From positions 2,728,001 to 2,792,000 of the forward strand of contig JAYWIR010000018.1 in NCBI GenBank assembly GCA_036172245.1: a stretch of DNA of 64,000 nucleotides, written 5' to 3'. Source of the stretch: Raillietiella orientalis. Lineage: Eukaryota. Within the stretch, counting starts at the first letter, position 1. Every line of letters begins with the position of its first letter. Positions 36,301 to 50,129 of the stretch are shown piece after piece. A program made the translations under genes and the position numbers. A model generated the notes under the pieces. It saw only the letters and a list, made by a program, of their open reading frames with translations. It had not been told where the DNA came from and did no database searches.

Positions 36301-37254
36301 GATATTCGAACACCCGCAGCCTTTCCTCCTTTTCTTGTCTAGGCTGAGCGGGAGGACGGAGACTCCAGCCACTGTACCAGGCCTGCATGTTCGGGCGAGT
36401 CGCATTGCTGCGAAGAAACAGAAACTCGCTCCAGCCTGCATTTCGTTTTGCAAGAGCGGAATCTGCGTTATACGAGCCCTGTGGGTTGGATGTACACGGA
36501 TAACACGATCGAATTCATGACATGAAAAGAAAAAAAAAAAAATGCATCCGAAACGTCACAACAGCAGAGTGTTTATCATTTCACTCTGAAGCAAAAAAAA
36601 AAAAATCAGAGTTCGACCTCAGAACTTTAGAAGCTTTTAGAACTTTTATTGAAATTCAAATAGCTGAGTCGTTCTCTTTGTTTGAAAATCTATCTTCTTG
36701 TTCTATTCTATCCACGAGGATCTGAATAAAATAGCTTGCAACTTATTTAAATCACGTGCTCGTGTTCCTTTCAAAGACAGCTGAACCGAAACCATGCCGA
36801 AAAATCAGGATTTACCAACAGCGTAGTAAAGGACTGACCGACCGCGTTATACGAAGACTGTCACCATTTTTCGCGTTATACGAAACTGCAGGGACGGTCC
36901 ACTGGAATATTCATTATCGGTCGGTTTCGTTTCCGCCTCTTCACTTTTTTTCTTATTTATCTCGACGTGAACTGGCGCGCTGCATTATCGCATCCAGAGA
37001 TGAATTTCGCAGGCTCCTTCGCCCTCAGATTCGGGCTCGCGCCTGTTCCGCACGAGACGGCGCCCATCTGAACGCTTGTGTTCCGCCACCCGCGCGAACC
37101 TCCCCTCAGGCAAGGCGCGCGACCCCTTCGCGATTGCAGATCCAGGCGATGGCAGGAGCATCTCCTGCCACGCCGTCACGTGCATTTGCGGACGATGATG
37201 CCACGCCCTGAATGGGAGGGGGGGGGGGAGTGGCTATCAGATAGATAGCGTGAC

Positions 37255-37442
37255 GCGTAAGAGGACCAAGACTGAGGAAACGGACGCAGGGGGACTACGC
37301 GCTCCGCGCCAGTCGATTCTAGCGCAGGCTGGGATGATTGTAAATCGATCCCAGGGGTGATCGCCCGATAGGCGCGCCGAAGTTCCCGGCGGGAACCAGA
37401 ACTCGGATTCACTCAGGATGAGGGAGAGACCCGAGTCGTCGG
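37255..37442 (-). repeat. About 190-bp direct repeat, copy A (within a DIRS-like YR fragment at about 37200-37700)
   Basis: Aligns directly with 39817-40007. The upstream minus-strand frame reads SSCVSKRIG (cf. LASAKRVG). Confidence 0.8.
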
Positions 37443-39816
37443 CGTGGACCACCCGATTCGCTTCGAGACACAGGAAGACGACATCAGGTGGGGAGCGCGA
37501 GCTGCGAGACTCCTCTCCCGGCTCCGTTCGCATCCGAAATCGCGGAGGCGGGATCTTGGAGCCTCGAGGGAGTCCGCGCATACCCTCGTCTGTGTTGACA
37601 GGACACGTCCTTTACGACCAGAGTGCCTTTCCCCGAACGAGTTTGCAGACGCTCGCTGCCACACGGGGAGCAGAACCGTCGAAGGGGTAGGTCAGAGGGA
37701 AGGAGGTCATCTGCTCGGTCGAAAAGGTCTCTGGGCCCCCGATGGATCGGGACCGTTCCGGGAATGCTCGCGAGGACTATTCCGACTTCATGGAACTCTC
37801 TCCCCCCCCCCATCTCCTCCCCGAAGCTCTAAGTCTCTGGACTTACGGGATCGGGAACCGCACGCGGGGCACTCCCGTGAGGCGCTCATGAGCTCCTCCC
37901 ATGCAGCAACAGCGGCACAGTAGGCGGAAGAAAAGAGCAAGAGAATCTCCACGGTCAGAAAACGGAAGGAAGCGCTCTTCTTTCTTCGTGAAGCTGGACT
38001 GTTGCCTGGGGCGATGTTTTAGGAGGGGAACGACAACGATTTGCTGGTATTCTGGAGGAGGGGGGGGGGAAGGGAGACCAGGATCCCGGATCTGGGGATT
38101 CGCGCAGAGTCCTCACGGAGGTAGCCCTTTTGACACATCGTACGGTGTCCTCCAGGCGCGGAAGTCATCAAGTGGTGCCACAAGAAGTTGGGGTACGTTA
38201 AAAAAAAAAAAAATCCAGGAAATTCCACGATAAAAATTCTCAGCCTCCTCCTCCTCTCTTTCTCTCTCTCTCTTTTGGGTTGCCTGTTAAAAAAATCCAG
38301 AAGTCGAAAAGCACGGGGAAAGAAGAGCGGAAATCCAGCAGCCCGAAAGGAAAGTCTCCTGTCGAGAATGGTCATCGGCAACGCTGCCGATCACTTCGGT
38401 CTCGAGGAAGGATAGACTGTGGCCAGCATGAGGAGGGGCTGCTCCGCCGTCGGATGAAGAGAAGGAGGATCGCTGCATTCTGTGAGGAAGCGGCAGGGCC
38501 ACGTTGCCTTGAGGAGCCGCAAATATCCCTCCCCCGTCTCGTCTTTCGGGAACGCTCCTGCAGGAGAAACGTTTGGCTTCCACGAGTGTCAAGCAGCAAG
38601 CGGGAACCCATGGAAACCCTCGCAAACCCTGACACGGGATCCTCGGGACCCCCTTCCTATCATCCCGGATGAGAATGGCTCGAAAGTAGGGTGGAGGGGG
38701 AGGGAATCGGCTTGCGTGCTTCTTCGCTGGAATCTGAAAGTTTAAGACGCCCGCACGAGCGAGCGTAAGAGCTCGAGGGCGGAGGAGGAAAGGGAGAGGA
38801 GAGGGGAACTTGACTGGAAAATCCAAAATTCCAGCTTCATCCCGGAACCGATGAAGGGACACAATGAAGTGGACCCCTTCCTCGAGGTCAGGCATAAGCA
38901 GGTACGTTTGACGAGAGGATGACGTCAGCAGGAGCGTCCAAGATGGCATGCAGCGACTCTTGCGCGGGGGTCTCGGAGGATGCTGCTAGTCATGCGCCCC
39001 AGCATCCGGCTCTGGAGCGTGGTATCGTCCGCAAATGTGCGTGGCGGTGTGGCGAGAGATGCTCCTGTGTTCCTGCCGCTGCGCGAATCCACAATCATGA
39101 AGGGGTCACTCCTTGCCTGAGGGGCGCTTGCGCGGCTGGCAGGATACAAGCGTTCGGATATGCGCTCACTAAAAAAACGAACTGGGCTGAGGAAAACATT
39201 GGAAAGAGCGCGAGCACACAACAATGTGCTCACAGCGCATAACAATGCCACGAATGCATTGTTGCCCTCCTATTATCTTCCTAGATACAGCATTGAGCAT
39301 TTCCAAGGCGACGGACGGAAGGAAAGCAGGGTGCTCATGCGTCCCAGAGCAGTGAAACGCCCAGCGAGGAAATCGTGGGTTTCTCACAGCTTGGATCCCC
39401 AAAGGGCAAACCCGCACAGATCAAGGAGGGGAGGGGTGTGCGCACGCGTGCGAGGAAAGCACACGCCGGCCTGCTCCTTGCAGAACGTCTTGATGTTTCA
39501 CTGAGGTTCGGAATTTTCGCGGAGGAAAAGAAAATCAGAGTCAGCCGCGCTCCGGAAGGAACGGCACAATCCTTCCGGCGTATCCAGCGATCACTGACAG
39601 GCGGAGACGTGCCCGGCTGCCCCGGAAAAGCTTTCGGAGGGGCAAAAACAGTGTTTGGGTGCAGACGCCTGCCCAGCACCGCGCGGGAAGAGACGGACGT
39701 CCCGCAAAACGTGCCACATCTCGCTCATTGCAGAGCGAAGAAATCCGACGACCACTGATCAACAGAAGCAAAGAATGAATACCACGGGCGATCTTTGATC
39801 GCGACCAGCAGACGTG

Positions 39817-40007
39817 CGCGTAAGAGGACCGAGGCTGAGGAAACGGACGAAGGAGGACCACACGCTCCGCACCAGTCGACACTCGATTCTTGGGCAGGCT
39901 GAGATGATAGTAAATCGATCCCAGGCGTGATCCCGATAAGCGCGCCGAAGTTCCTGGCGGGAACCAGACCTCGGATTCGAAGGATGAGGGAGAGGACGGA
40001 ATCGTCC
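39817..40007 (-). repeat. About 190-bp direct repeat, copy B (within a DIRS-like YR fragment at about 39700-40300)
   Basis: Aligns directly with 37255-37442. The upstream frame reads IVTLLIGLSSRSR (cf. K..FL.ALAS..R). Confidence 0.8.
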
Positions 40008-43000
40008 ACTCTGCCAACACCTTCGTGTTTCGGAGGGAATCCTCTGCAAGCAGCCCTTCGAAACACGAAGACGAGGTCTACTTCGGCTGGATAGACCGAT
40101 CAACAGGGTTACGATCATGGAAGCACCGATTCCTGCTTTACAGTTTCCCACGCGTTCTCTGGTTCTCTTAGAATCCGAGGTGTAACTTTTTACAAGGTGA
40201 GTTTCTGAAAAAACCCTTCGATGGGAAACAACCCTACGATTCCTCCAATGTTCCGGCCATAATTCTTGCGTGCGCAAGAATGCTGCATTTTTCACAACGT
40301 CCTTTTCATTCTTTGGATTCCATGGTTGCTCACGAAACTTTGCTTTACTGTCCCCCCCCCCCCCCTTCCCGGTCCCCATCTCGATCACGGCGGGAAGGGT
40401 GCAATCCGAAAAGGCAGGAAACGCATCGCCACAAAGGGGAATCTTGAGGGAAGACAGATTCTCCAAATGTTTTATTCGAAAGAATAAACACCTCGGCGCA
40501 CCCGGGTGGGAATCGAGGGAACACGAAGAACGCTGTTGCCGGTTGAAGGCGGGTTCCATTTCGCTCGGCTCTCGGCGGCTTCGGTCACCCGGGAGAGCCG
40601 GCATGCGGATCCCCAGTCGGGATGCCTTCCCGGCGCCGAGGTGCGACAGGTGTTCTGTCTCCGCGGACCGCAGCTTCTGGTCTCTCGCAGAAAGGCTCGT
40701 CTCTCTTTCGACCGTGCGGCCGCAACTCGACCCTTCAGTCCAAGCTCCAGACGTTTTCCCTGGAGCGGGTTGCACCCGATGCGGAGGCAGATGTCAAGGT
40801 GCCAGGCAGGAACTGCTGGCCGCTACGGGCATTCGGGAGCGGGGCGGGGAGGAACCCTCCTCCAGAGGTTTCTTGCCGTCTCCCAGAACATTCGCGTTAC
40901 TCGCCGGACGCTCGTCGCTTTCGGAGGGGGCGATCCCTTTGCCCGCCTTAATCCGAGAAGGGAGAGAGGATTTTCCCTGCAGCGCTCAAGATCCCCCTTC
41001 CCGCCTTGGGGTAGCAAGCCGGGAAGGGGCTGTGGGTGGCGAGCAAGTCCGGAATCGGCCGACCGTCGCCATTGGTGGTCGAACCTCCTCTCTGAGCCTG
41101 GGGGCACTCGATGCCTCCACGCAGGCGGGTCCTCTCTCGAAAAAGAACAGCCACGTGTGCCCTGCGCGCGCCCGTGCGCGTGCGCTGAACGGGAAAAGGC
41201 AGGCGGTGAATTCGAGGCTCTCATGAGAGGCCGCTGTCTCCCTGAGCAGCCGATCAACGTGCACGCAGCCAATCCGATGGCTTTCGGTGCTGCCTCAGTC
41301 ACTGATGCTCGGGGATCTCGAGCTGCCTCGGTCCGGGAAAAGAGCCAAGCGCTCCCGAGGAAGCGATGGCACTTGAAAGGCGCCGACCTGTTCCAATCAG
41401 GGCTCCCACAATTACCGTTCCATGTGTCACTCGATTGCAACGATGAATGCCGTCGGCGAAACGGAATATCCTTCGGGTCGGGCTTTTTGGTCGCCACTGC
41501 CGCTGCCGTGTGACCGGCGTACAGGTTGTCCCGGGAGCTCTTGCCCAACGCCCGGGTTCAGCTGTACCTGCGGGGATGTGTGTGCGCCCACTGGCGAAAG
41601 GCAGAGGAGCCGCGAATGCTCCCGCGCTGCTTCCGATGACGATAACGACGGATCGCGTTCGCGCGTGCGTGCAGGGGAGGAGGGAGGGGGGGGGGGGGGG
41701 GGAAGGAACTCGTCGGGAAGACGAGAAGCCTGAGCGCTTGGGGCGCGCCTGAAGCGGACGAGACGGTCCCGCGTCCGTCGTCGCACGGATCACGGGCATC
41801 CGCTCGCGTCGGCGCTGCGCTGACTGGTCCAAAGAGGGGGGGTCGGACCTATCCACCTCCTCCTTTCTCCTTCGCGCTCGAGACGGCGTCGGCGGACCTT
41901 GACAGGGCAAGGCGGCTTGCGGTTGCCGCTGATGTCCGATGTGGCCGGCCGCGCCCACGGGACTTGCAGGTCGCGGCACCGGGTGGGCGATTGTGCAGAG
42001 AGGGCAGTAGGTGCCAGCTGGCGTGCAGATGTGGACGAGGGTGAGAGTGGGGGAAGGGGGAAATCTCTTTTTTTTTTCTTTTGAAGATGACGGTAGAGCC
42101 AACTCGTGGGGGTGCGGGGCGAGAAGATGGAGCACCCGCCGCCAACCTCGCTCTCGACCAGCGGTGCCGGCTCGCGCGCACGCCCTTGGGATTCCCAGCA
42201 GCATCCCGCGTTCCGAGGAGGGAATTGAGTTCGCACCCGGAGAGGCGTCCCATTATCGGGAGAAGAGGGGAGGGGAGGAGAACGGCTCGAGTTCAGCGCG
42301 GCCCCCGAGTGCTTTGGTGCTCATCGAAGAACGAGCTGCCAGACTCCCTCGGGCTTCCCCTCGTTTCCAAAAGTCTTCGGCGTCCGGGAGACATCCAGAA
42401 AGCGGTCCGACGTCCTCCCTTCCGTTTACTCTGGAGATCGAGTAGCATGCGCGACCCTCAGGCAGGGCCTTCTTGAAAGGCCCATCCGTGGCGTGGAGGC
42501 GGGGCCTGTTCCACGCACGCACGCACGCGTGCGCCGCCGCCTCCAACCGCACTCCCGCCTCCTCATTCCAGGAGCCGGGTGGAACCCTCCGGAGCAATCA
42601 ATCTTTTCCCGGCGCATCCGCCTCGCCCCGCAGCTTCCCCTCTCCTCCTCCCCCCCGGTCGGGAGGCAGTGTCGAGGCGGCGCAGTGGAGTGCTCCGGCG
42701 TTGTGCGAACACCTCGCGAGTTTTCCCCAGCAAGACGCGCCGGGGCGCCGCCGCTCCGCACTCGCCCGCCTCCGGACCCCGCATTGCTGCGGCGCCATCA
42801 GACGGTGGGAACCCACGTGTCCGCGGAGGACGCACGAATGCCGCGGGAACGCGTGGACGGGCTGTCGCGGTGGCGGCAGTTGGGAACGCCAATCAGGGGC
42901 GAAGAGCGCGCAGGCGCTCCCAGTCGAATCTTCCTGGCTGCTGGCGCTTCTCTTCTTCCTCGCAGGACAGGCAGAAAAAAAGGAAGAAGGTTGAGGAGAG

Positions 43001-45487
43001 GGGAGGCAGCCGGTGCGAGAACCGTTCGCCGACGAGGTCTTTTCTTCGCGGACTCGGTTAGGGATCGGCTGGTCCTCATGTCTGAGCCTCCGCATTCTCC
43101 TGGTTCCCTTTGAAGCGGTTTTTATTTTGATTTTTTTCGTTCCTGCTGTCGGTGGCGGAGGTGGGAGCGAATGCGAGCTTGACCGAGCTCCAGCGGTGGC
43201 GTCTCCGCCACCGCTGGAGAAGGAAGCGCGGAAAGGGAAAGACCATGGTGTCCGTCCGGCTTCCTCGACATCACGAACAGGGAGGGGAGGGGTGAGCTCC
43301 CTTCCTACTTCCACCCACCTCGAATTAGCCACGACTAAGGCAGCATCCGAGGTGGAGAGCGCGACGTGCATGCAGCGCCGCCGAGCGTGCGAACGCCAGA
43401 CTACCGGGCAAGGCGCTCCTCGTTTGTTGGAAAAGAGGGTCAGGATAGAAGGGGAAAAGAGCTAGAGAAAGGGGGGGGGAAAGGGAGGAAAGGGGAGGCG
43501 GGGGGTCCAAAAAATTAAATTTAGCACCTTGGGAATCTCCCATTCGCGAGTCCACTGGAACGCGTTCCCTCGTAACGTTTCGAATGGAAATTCGGCGAAA
43601 GGAGAGGGGGGAGGGGAAGGATAGCACGTGCAGTTCGCATGCTAGCGGAACAGAACCGGGCTCCCCGCGCTTCCCCGCCCGAGTCCCAAAAAGTCAAGTG
43701 CCGCCCGGCCCGCGCTGGCTGATGCAACGGGTCGCTCAGGCGCGCGGTAGCACGCCGCCCCCGTCCACCGCGGGCGGGGTTCCCATGGCAGCAGAGGTTA
43801 TGGGAAGGCAAAGTGTGGGGAGAACGAAACACGGCGAGTTTGGTCTCCGCGCCCGATCCCCCTTCCACCCATCTCCCCCTTTCTGACCCCGGAAGCTGCT
43901 CTGAGCAACCGTCCGGCGCAGCCGCGAGGCCGCCCACCCCCAGGTCGCCCCCTTCCTTGTCCCTTCGTGCCCGCCGCTTACCTGACAGAAGCTGCCACAC
44001 CAGGATCAAGGTCGCTCCCGAGGAAAGCAGTCGTGCGGAGCTCAGCATCGTGCCACGTCCATCGGCCGAGCCAGCGAGTACCCACAGGGGCGGCAGCGCA
44101 TCACCGCGGCAGCGCGGAGAGGGCGTCGCGGCATGCTGGGGAGGCGGGATGCGAGGAGCCGCTCGCATGCTCCTTTTCGGCCTGTACCGGAAGTGCATCT
44201 GTATCCCGGTGCTTCTTGGGCGTAGCCGCGTTCGGGCGTGTAGGCTCGGAGAGGGAAGGTTGGGAGAGCTATTCCCGGAGGCAAATTGTGTCTGGTGCAA
44301 GCGCTCCGCGCTCGCGCGGCCTTGGGGGGGAAAAGGGGGAAGCGGTGACGCGCTCGCTCTCCCTTCCTCTCCAGGATTTTCGCGCGAGCGTTCCACGAAC
44401 GGCTTTTTTTCCCTTCTTGTTTTCCTTCCTCTTCCTCGATCCCCCCCCTTCCACCCACACCCTCCGCTGCCTCCCTCCACCCACCTTCTCTGCGCCCACC
44501 TGAATCCCCAGCGGCGTGTCGACCCGCCCGCCAGATGTCAGCGCGGGCGCTGCATCCTCAGGCGATCGGAACCGGCGGAGATTCTTCACGGACATCTCCC
44601 TCGCTGGATCCACTAACGTCGGCTGCAAAATAGGGAACGGGATAGGGGAAGGAGAAGACGAAGAAGCAGGGCAGGGAAGATGCCGCACAAATTATGAGAA
44701 GCCGCAGTGGATGCTCCTTCTATTAATAGCGGCATCGAGCAGCACGTAGGCATCCGATCGTCTGCATCGGAAGAGCCCGCGTCTGCACACACCAAGCGCT
44801 GCGCCCGGGGAGCATCCTGGTGGCCAACGAACCGCCCCCTCTTCCGCCACCCCGTCAGAGACGAAATGTCCGACCACTGGCATCGCACCATCACCGTTCT
44901 TCGCCTCTCGCGCCACTACGGAGACACCACCGCAAAGGCGCAGGCGTTGGTGGTGGTGGTGCCGTAAAGCCTCTTGACTCTCTGGCGGGCCCACAGCGCG
45001 CGGGGCTCCACAGCGAATGTGCAGCTCTCGGACCCTCACCGTCCCCCTCTCCTCTACGTCTCGTTGTTGCTACCGTAGAAGGCGACCCTCCCGCAGTCGT
45101 GAGCTATTTTCGCTGCTCCTAAAGACGTCCCTCGAGGCGGATTACGGCGCGCTGACTTCGTCTTCGGTCCCTGTGGAAGAAAGGTCTTCTCCTAGCATCC
45201 CGTCCTTTCCCGAAGAATCCGTTTGCGGGCAACGGGACGTCTTTCTTCGTCAGAGTGGGATCTTGGACCGTTCTTTGAGCAGCACGAGGGACGGTGGAGG
45301 CCTGAGAGAGAGTGGAGGATCACCGACTGTCTGTGACTCCGTGGAGGATAACGCGGCTCTTGGGACGCAGAACTTCGCACCCGAACACTCCGTCTCGGAC
45401 CCTCAACACTATTTGCCCGAGATCCCTCAAACAAAATTCGTGATCATGGACTTCTTAATGCACACCTCCGCACTTCGGTGAAAGCTC

Positions 45488-45800
45488 CTCTATCTTGCGG
45501 GAGGCGCGCCGGGGCTTCCCTCGGACGTCGCCTCCACGCTTCAGTGCAGAGGAACGCGCCCACTGAGGAGCTGCGTCGCCTCGAGCTGACTTTCCGCGAT
45601 GTGCGCCGCCGCAACCGCTGCGGCCACCTCTGCAGCAGCAGCAGCAGCAGCAACAGCAAGGAGCCGGCGAGCTCCTCCGAAGGAGCTGCTTTTGAGGAGT
45701 CGCACCTCTTCGGAAGCCATCTCAAAGACTCAGACGCTGGTGGTGGTGATGCCGTGGAGCCTCCTGCCTCTCGGGCGGGTCCATCACCATCCCCCTGACA
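45488..45800 (+). repeat. Inverted repeat copy A; probable Tc1-like transposase remnant
   Basis: Reverse complement of 50880-51190. Tc1-like residues: SVKAPLS / TPGHPPS (cf. TVKHP.S), a QQ run (cf. FQQDN) and VMPW (cf. V..WP). Confidence 0.6.
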
Positions 45801-46049
45801 CTTGCTGTATTCCCTGTCATCCTAGTCTGCATTCCCTGCTTTCCTGCGGCTTCCTCTGTAGCGTCAGCCGGGTTCGAGGGCACCTTCGCCTCGGGACGGA
45901 AGACTCCCGTTCCCCTTGCGCCTTCATCCATTTCGTCTGTTTACCTCTAGGAGGAGCGGGAGAGGATCAGGCGGAAGTCGACCGTGCTGAAGATGTGAGT
46001 CGCGGAGCGAGGTGCTGCTGCTGCACGCCGGGAAACTGCTGGTGGCCTT

Positions 46050-47450
46050 TTCGTCCTCTCCAGCAAGGGCGCGATGCGAGCGCCTGACCGCGGCTGGAGA
46101 AACGGCAGGGAAAAGAGGGAAAGGAGTCGTCTCCTGGGGAACAGAAGAATGCCAGATTCCAGAAAGGAAGCTGCGTGTGGACCTGCCAGTCACGGGGAAT
46201 CCGAGCCTGGATCGAGCCTGGATCCTGGACACGGGATGTCTTTTCAAGAAGCGGCCCCTGAGGCGTCAGGATTGTCTTAAAGGGGACAAAGCTCGTAACA
46301 GCGCTTTCCGGAAACCCCTTTGAGGAGGTCAGAAGGTCACTGCATGCGATCTTCATGGGGTCGCTGATGACTGTTCCTCTGGTGCTTCTTGGCGGTCAGT
46401 GGTCCCTCCGGAGAGCGTGGTGGGTTCTTCCATTCAAGGAGTCGCTTCGCTCCGTCCCGGTCGCGAGGGAAATTATTCGGTTCTCCCTCTACCCTTCCTC
46501 TGCTCCAACGGGTTTCCGGAACGTGGCAACTTGGAACATTCATCTGCCATATCCGATCCGCGGCCCTCGTCAAAAGGTCCACTTTTCTCTGGAAGTAGGC
46601 GCTCTCAGCGTCCATGATGGATCAAAAACCGCTGGTCAAGGAGGGAGACGCCCTCATCCAGAAGAAACTTCATCCTCCTATTACTCTGCCCGTGAGCCTT
46701 TCCTCGAGAACCGATGGAGGGGGATGCTGATCATTGAGTCTTCCCAATCCGCAGCATCCATAAAGCTCGCTGGTCACATGGGAGTAGCAAGGCGACCTCC
46801 CGAATGAGCTAAGCAACGAGGAGATCTGCTTTTCCTGGAGGTTGCGCTCCTAACCCTCAGGGCAGGCTTGCCCTCTTGATGCCACTACTGCCACCGTCAC
46901 TACACCGATCACGGAGACCGAGACACTTTCAGAACTCTCCGTCGAGATGGCGGTTGCAGCGCGTGGTTCTGGGGCGTCGCGGGGCCACCTTCTGCGGTGA
47001 GTCCGGGTGGTCACCACGTGGCATGCCGGAGGTCTTGCGAGATGCAGCCGTGGCGAAACCCAGTGGGTGTCCGCAGCACCGAGGGCAAGGAAGACGCGAG
47101 GACACTGAGACTACCGGAGGTCACGAGACTCCCGGAAGCCCGGCGATGCGATCCGGAGCCTGACGGTTGTCATCGAGTATTCCGAAGAGAGGACGGCAGT
47201 AGAATCTGCAGAAGCAACCTGCGACTGCGCGGTGGGAGGAAATGCTCCGTCCTTCCCTCAGGAGTTTCTCTTTCAGATCTCAGCGCTGTCACTGGCCTTG
47301 CCCCGAAGCGACCTGAATTTTCCACCACCAGCATCACCTTCGCAGGCAGGATCGGGGAGACCGCGACCGGATCCATGCCCCTCCCAACCAGCAGCGATCT
47401 CCTTTCCTGCGGCTACAGCCGCCCTCCGGGAGGGCCCATCTTAATCTGCA
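46050..47450 (+). mobile_element. Decayed DIRS-like RT/RNase H fragment
   Basis: DRAWILDTG (cf. D.WVL..I..G), YPIRGPRQKVHF (cf. HIPI...RK.L.F), IRSLTVVIEY (cf. RSDN.TVVAY). Confidence 0.45.
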
Positions 47451-48199
47451 TTCCCCTGTCATCCCACTAGAACTAAGCTGCTCTTGTGCGACCGGGAAGG
47501 TCTCGAAGTGACCTCTAGGGAAGATTTTGCGTCCGGCTGGCTGGCGAAATGCCTCGAGACTTGGCTACCGGTGCGACGGACGGCAGCAGCTCTTCTCGCG
47601 CTGCCGGCCTGGCGGTGGCCACGCCGCGGATGGTGTGGCCTCGGGCCTTCCGGAACGGCTCCAGCCCCTGCTAGGCTAAGGACGGCTCGCCTTGCAGAGG
47701 GTACCCCTTTCGGTGAGGTGCAGGTGGAGTCCTTTCTGGATCGGCGGTCATCTCCGCGAGACGCACTCTCGTCGCCATGTCGTGCCGCTTCCGCGTCTGT
47801 AGGCGGCTTCACCTTGGGTGAGAGCTTCTCCAGCAGCAGTGAGAGGTCACCCTCGAGCTGGCTAAGGGAGCGACACGCCGGCCTCTATCCGGTCCCAACA
47901 ACAGGAGAGTTCATCATCCGCATCGTACAAGCACTAAGGGCCACAAACGCTGAACCCCGGTGACCTACCTCACCGTCATTCTTCTTTTTTGTTTGGCGCA
48001 TCGTCCTTGCCCACCTCTCAGCTCCATACCGCCCTTACCCACTCCCTACTTCCCCATCCTGCACGTTTGCTCCGTTTTCCGTAGATCAGCGTCCCGGCGT
48101 TACCTTTTCCTTCCGGATCTCCGGTTCGGACAGATGGATGCAGGTTGAAGAGGAAAACTCCAGAGGGCCTGCATCGGGCAGGGACGGGAACGAGATTGG

Positions 48200-49000
48200 G
48201 TGCTGCCACCGGTGACGAACTATTCTTACCACAAGTCCTGAGGTTCCTCTGCGCTTATCACACCCTGGCCAAGGTCATATCGTGACAGTTCTCTCCTGAG
48301 GGTCCACAGCGACTGCAAGCGCCTCCACGGGATGACGTGATCATACCTTTCCTTCAGCAAGACCACGGCTGCTCGCACGAGGCAAGGGATTGCCAGCAAG
48401 AACAAACTTCTGGAACGCTCCAAAAATACGCGTGGAAACGGTCCCAAGGATTCCGCGATGTGTCGCATCTCTTTGGGGGCCTATGCGTCCGAGATGTGAA
48501 CTGCGGTGGCACCCTTTGCTTTGAGGAGGGCCCAGCCTTCTACGGGCAGGGCTCGAGCGGGAGTTCCCGGCGGCGCAAAGGGATGTACAGCATCGGACGC
48601 AAGATGGCTCTGCGGTGTAAATAGGAAGAAGATGCCACCCAGAAATTGTTTACCCTTTGGACCAAAGGGATTCCGGACTACATGACATCCCTGCTGGCAC
48701 TTCGGCACATGAACAGAAGGAAGTTTCTGGAAGGACCCAGAGAACGAGAACATTCTGCGCCTCTTGAGGTCACCGAGGTTGGATATGAATCGACCTCCCA
48801 GCTCAGAGCGGACACTACTCTCTCTTTTGCCTCCCATCGCAGCCGCCGCTCGCCATTGACGGAGAGAAGTTTCTTGGGAGCTGCAGCTGCCCGCTCTCGT
48901 ACATCCGAGTGCCTCTGCCAACTGATCCCGTAGGTGACTTTCTCCGCGTCGAGAGATGGAGGGGCGGGAAGCGGAACTGCTTCTTGTTCCGGTTTTCATC
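48200..49000 (-). mobile_element. Decayed DIRS-like RNase H / methyltransferase-like fragment
   Basis: VHPFA (cf. DLFA), ATAVH..DA, GPFPRVFLERSRSLFLLAIP..QPW (cf. PP...RVL.K....LI.P.W..QPW). Confidence 0.45.
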
Positions 49001-49749
49001 CAGACGCTGATGGGCCAGACGCAAACAATATCCAACGCAGGGTGTTCCCGCAGTGCACGCACGAGAAACCATGGCAACTGAATGAAAGTCCACAACAAAG
49101 GAAACCGAACCTCTCGCGAAATCAAAAGCGGAAAAAGCACCTTGCTTCACAACTAGATGATTGCGATGCTCCCAGGTCTCTACTCTTCGATCGCGGGAGC
49201 CACTGGAAGTGACTGCCTTCTGACCACCCCTTCCATCCTTTCCGGACGACCCACTGCCTTGCTCTATTTTTTTGGCTTCTTTTGTTTCGTTTCCTTCCGT
49301 CGACCCATGATCTACCCAAGTCACAGGCCGCGTCTCTTTTTGTCGTTCTTCCTGTTTCCGTCTCCACGAAGCCGCAGCCACGATTTCTAGCAGCATCACT
49401 CAGAGGAAGAGAATTCCATAAGGAGTCATCAAAGGAACTCACCGTGTAGAACCTTCGATCTCTTGCAATGGAGCAGCATTCTGGGACCGGAGCCGTCGTC
49501 CCATGACATTCCTCACGACTCTCCCAGCGACACGTCTGTGTTTCCCAGAAGCAGACCATTCACCACTACATGTCGTACGTTCATCCAAAATCAGCAATGG
49601 ATCTGATGAAGGCGCAAGGAGAACGGGCGCCTTCCGTCCCGAGGCGAAGTTGACCTGGAACCCGGCTGACGCTACAGAGGAAGCCGCAGGAGAGCAGGGA
49701 GAGACAAAAAATGCACGCATAAAGAGTGATGGGTCAGATCGGCTCCACG

Positions 49750-49945
49750 ACGATGGCGGTAAAGAAGACTGCGACTATGCTGCTGCTGCTGATGATGATG
49801 ATGGAGGTAGTAGCGGTAGCGGTGGTGGTGATGCGGCTGATGACAACGACGCTGCAGCTGCTGGTGGTGGTGGCAGGGCTGCTGCGGACGAAGACGACGG
49901 TGATGTCGATGCTGCTGTTGTCGCTGTCGATGACGACGATGATTC
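49750..49945. repeat. Compound trinucleotide low-complexity tract (GAT/GCT/GGT/GAC)
   Basis: Seen directly in the sequence. Confidence 0.8.
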
Positions 49946-50129
49946 TTCCCTTGCTGCCGACGGGGAAGAATCGCGGCGCTGTCGCCGGCGTGCGGAGACC
50001 TGCTCCGTCCGCGGCTGTCCTGAGGCTCTCTGCCTCCGTTAGCCCACTCGCCGGCGTGGGCCGATGCATTGCCGCGGCAGGGTTGGAGCGCGTCTCTCTC
50101 AGACGCGCCCTCCTTCGCAAATCGACCCG

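Noticed and set aside
37268..37295. Hammerhead-like CTGAGGA core in the 190-bp repeat, and other CTGATGA sites
   Set aside because: No stem II followed by GAAA and no closing stems could be drawn.
40270..44616. Cluster of 250-340 aa ORFs on both strands
   Set aside because: Several frames are open at once, low complexity, and no recognisable domains or consistent splice structure.
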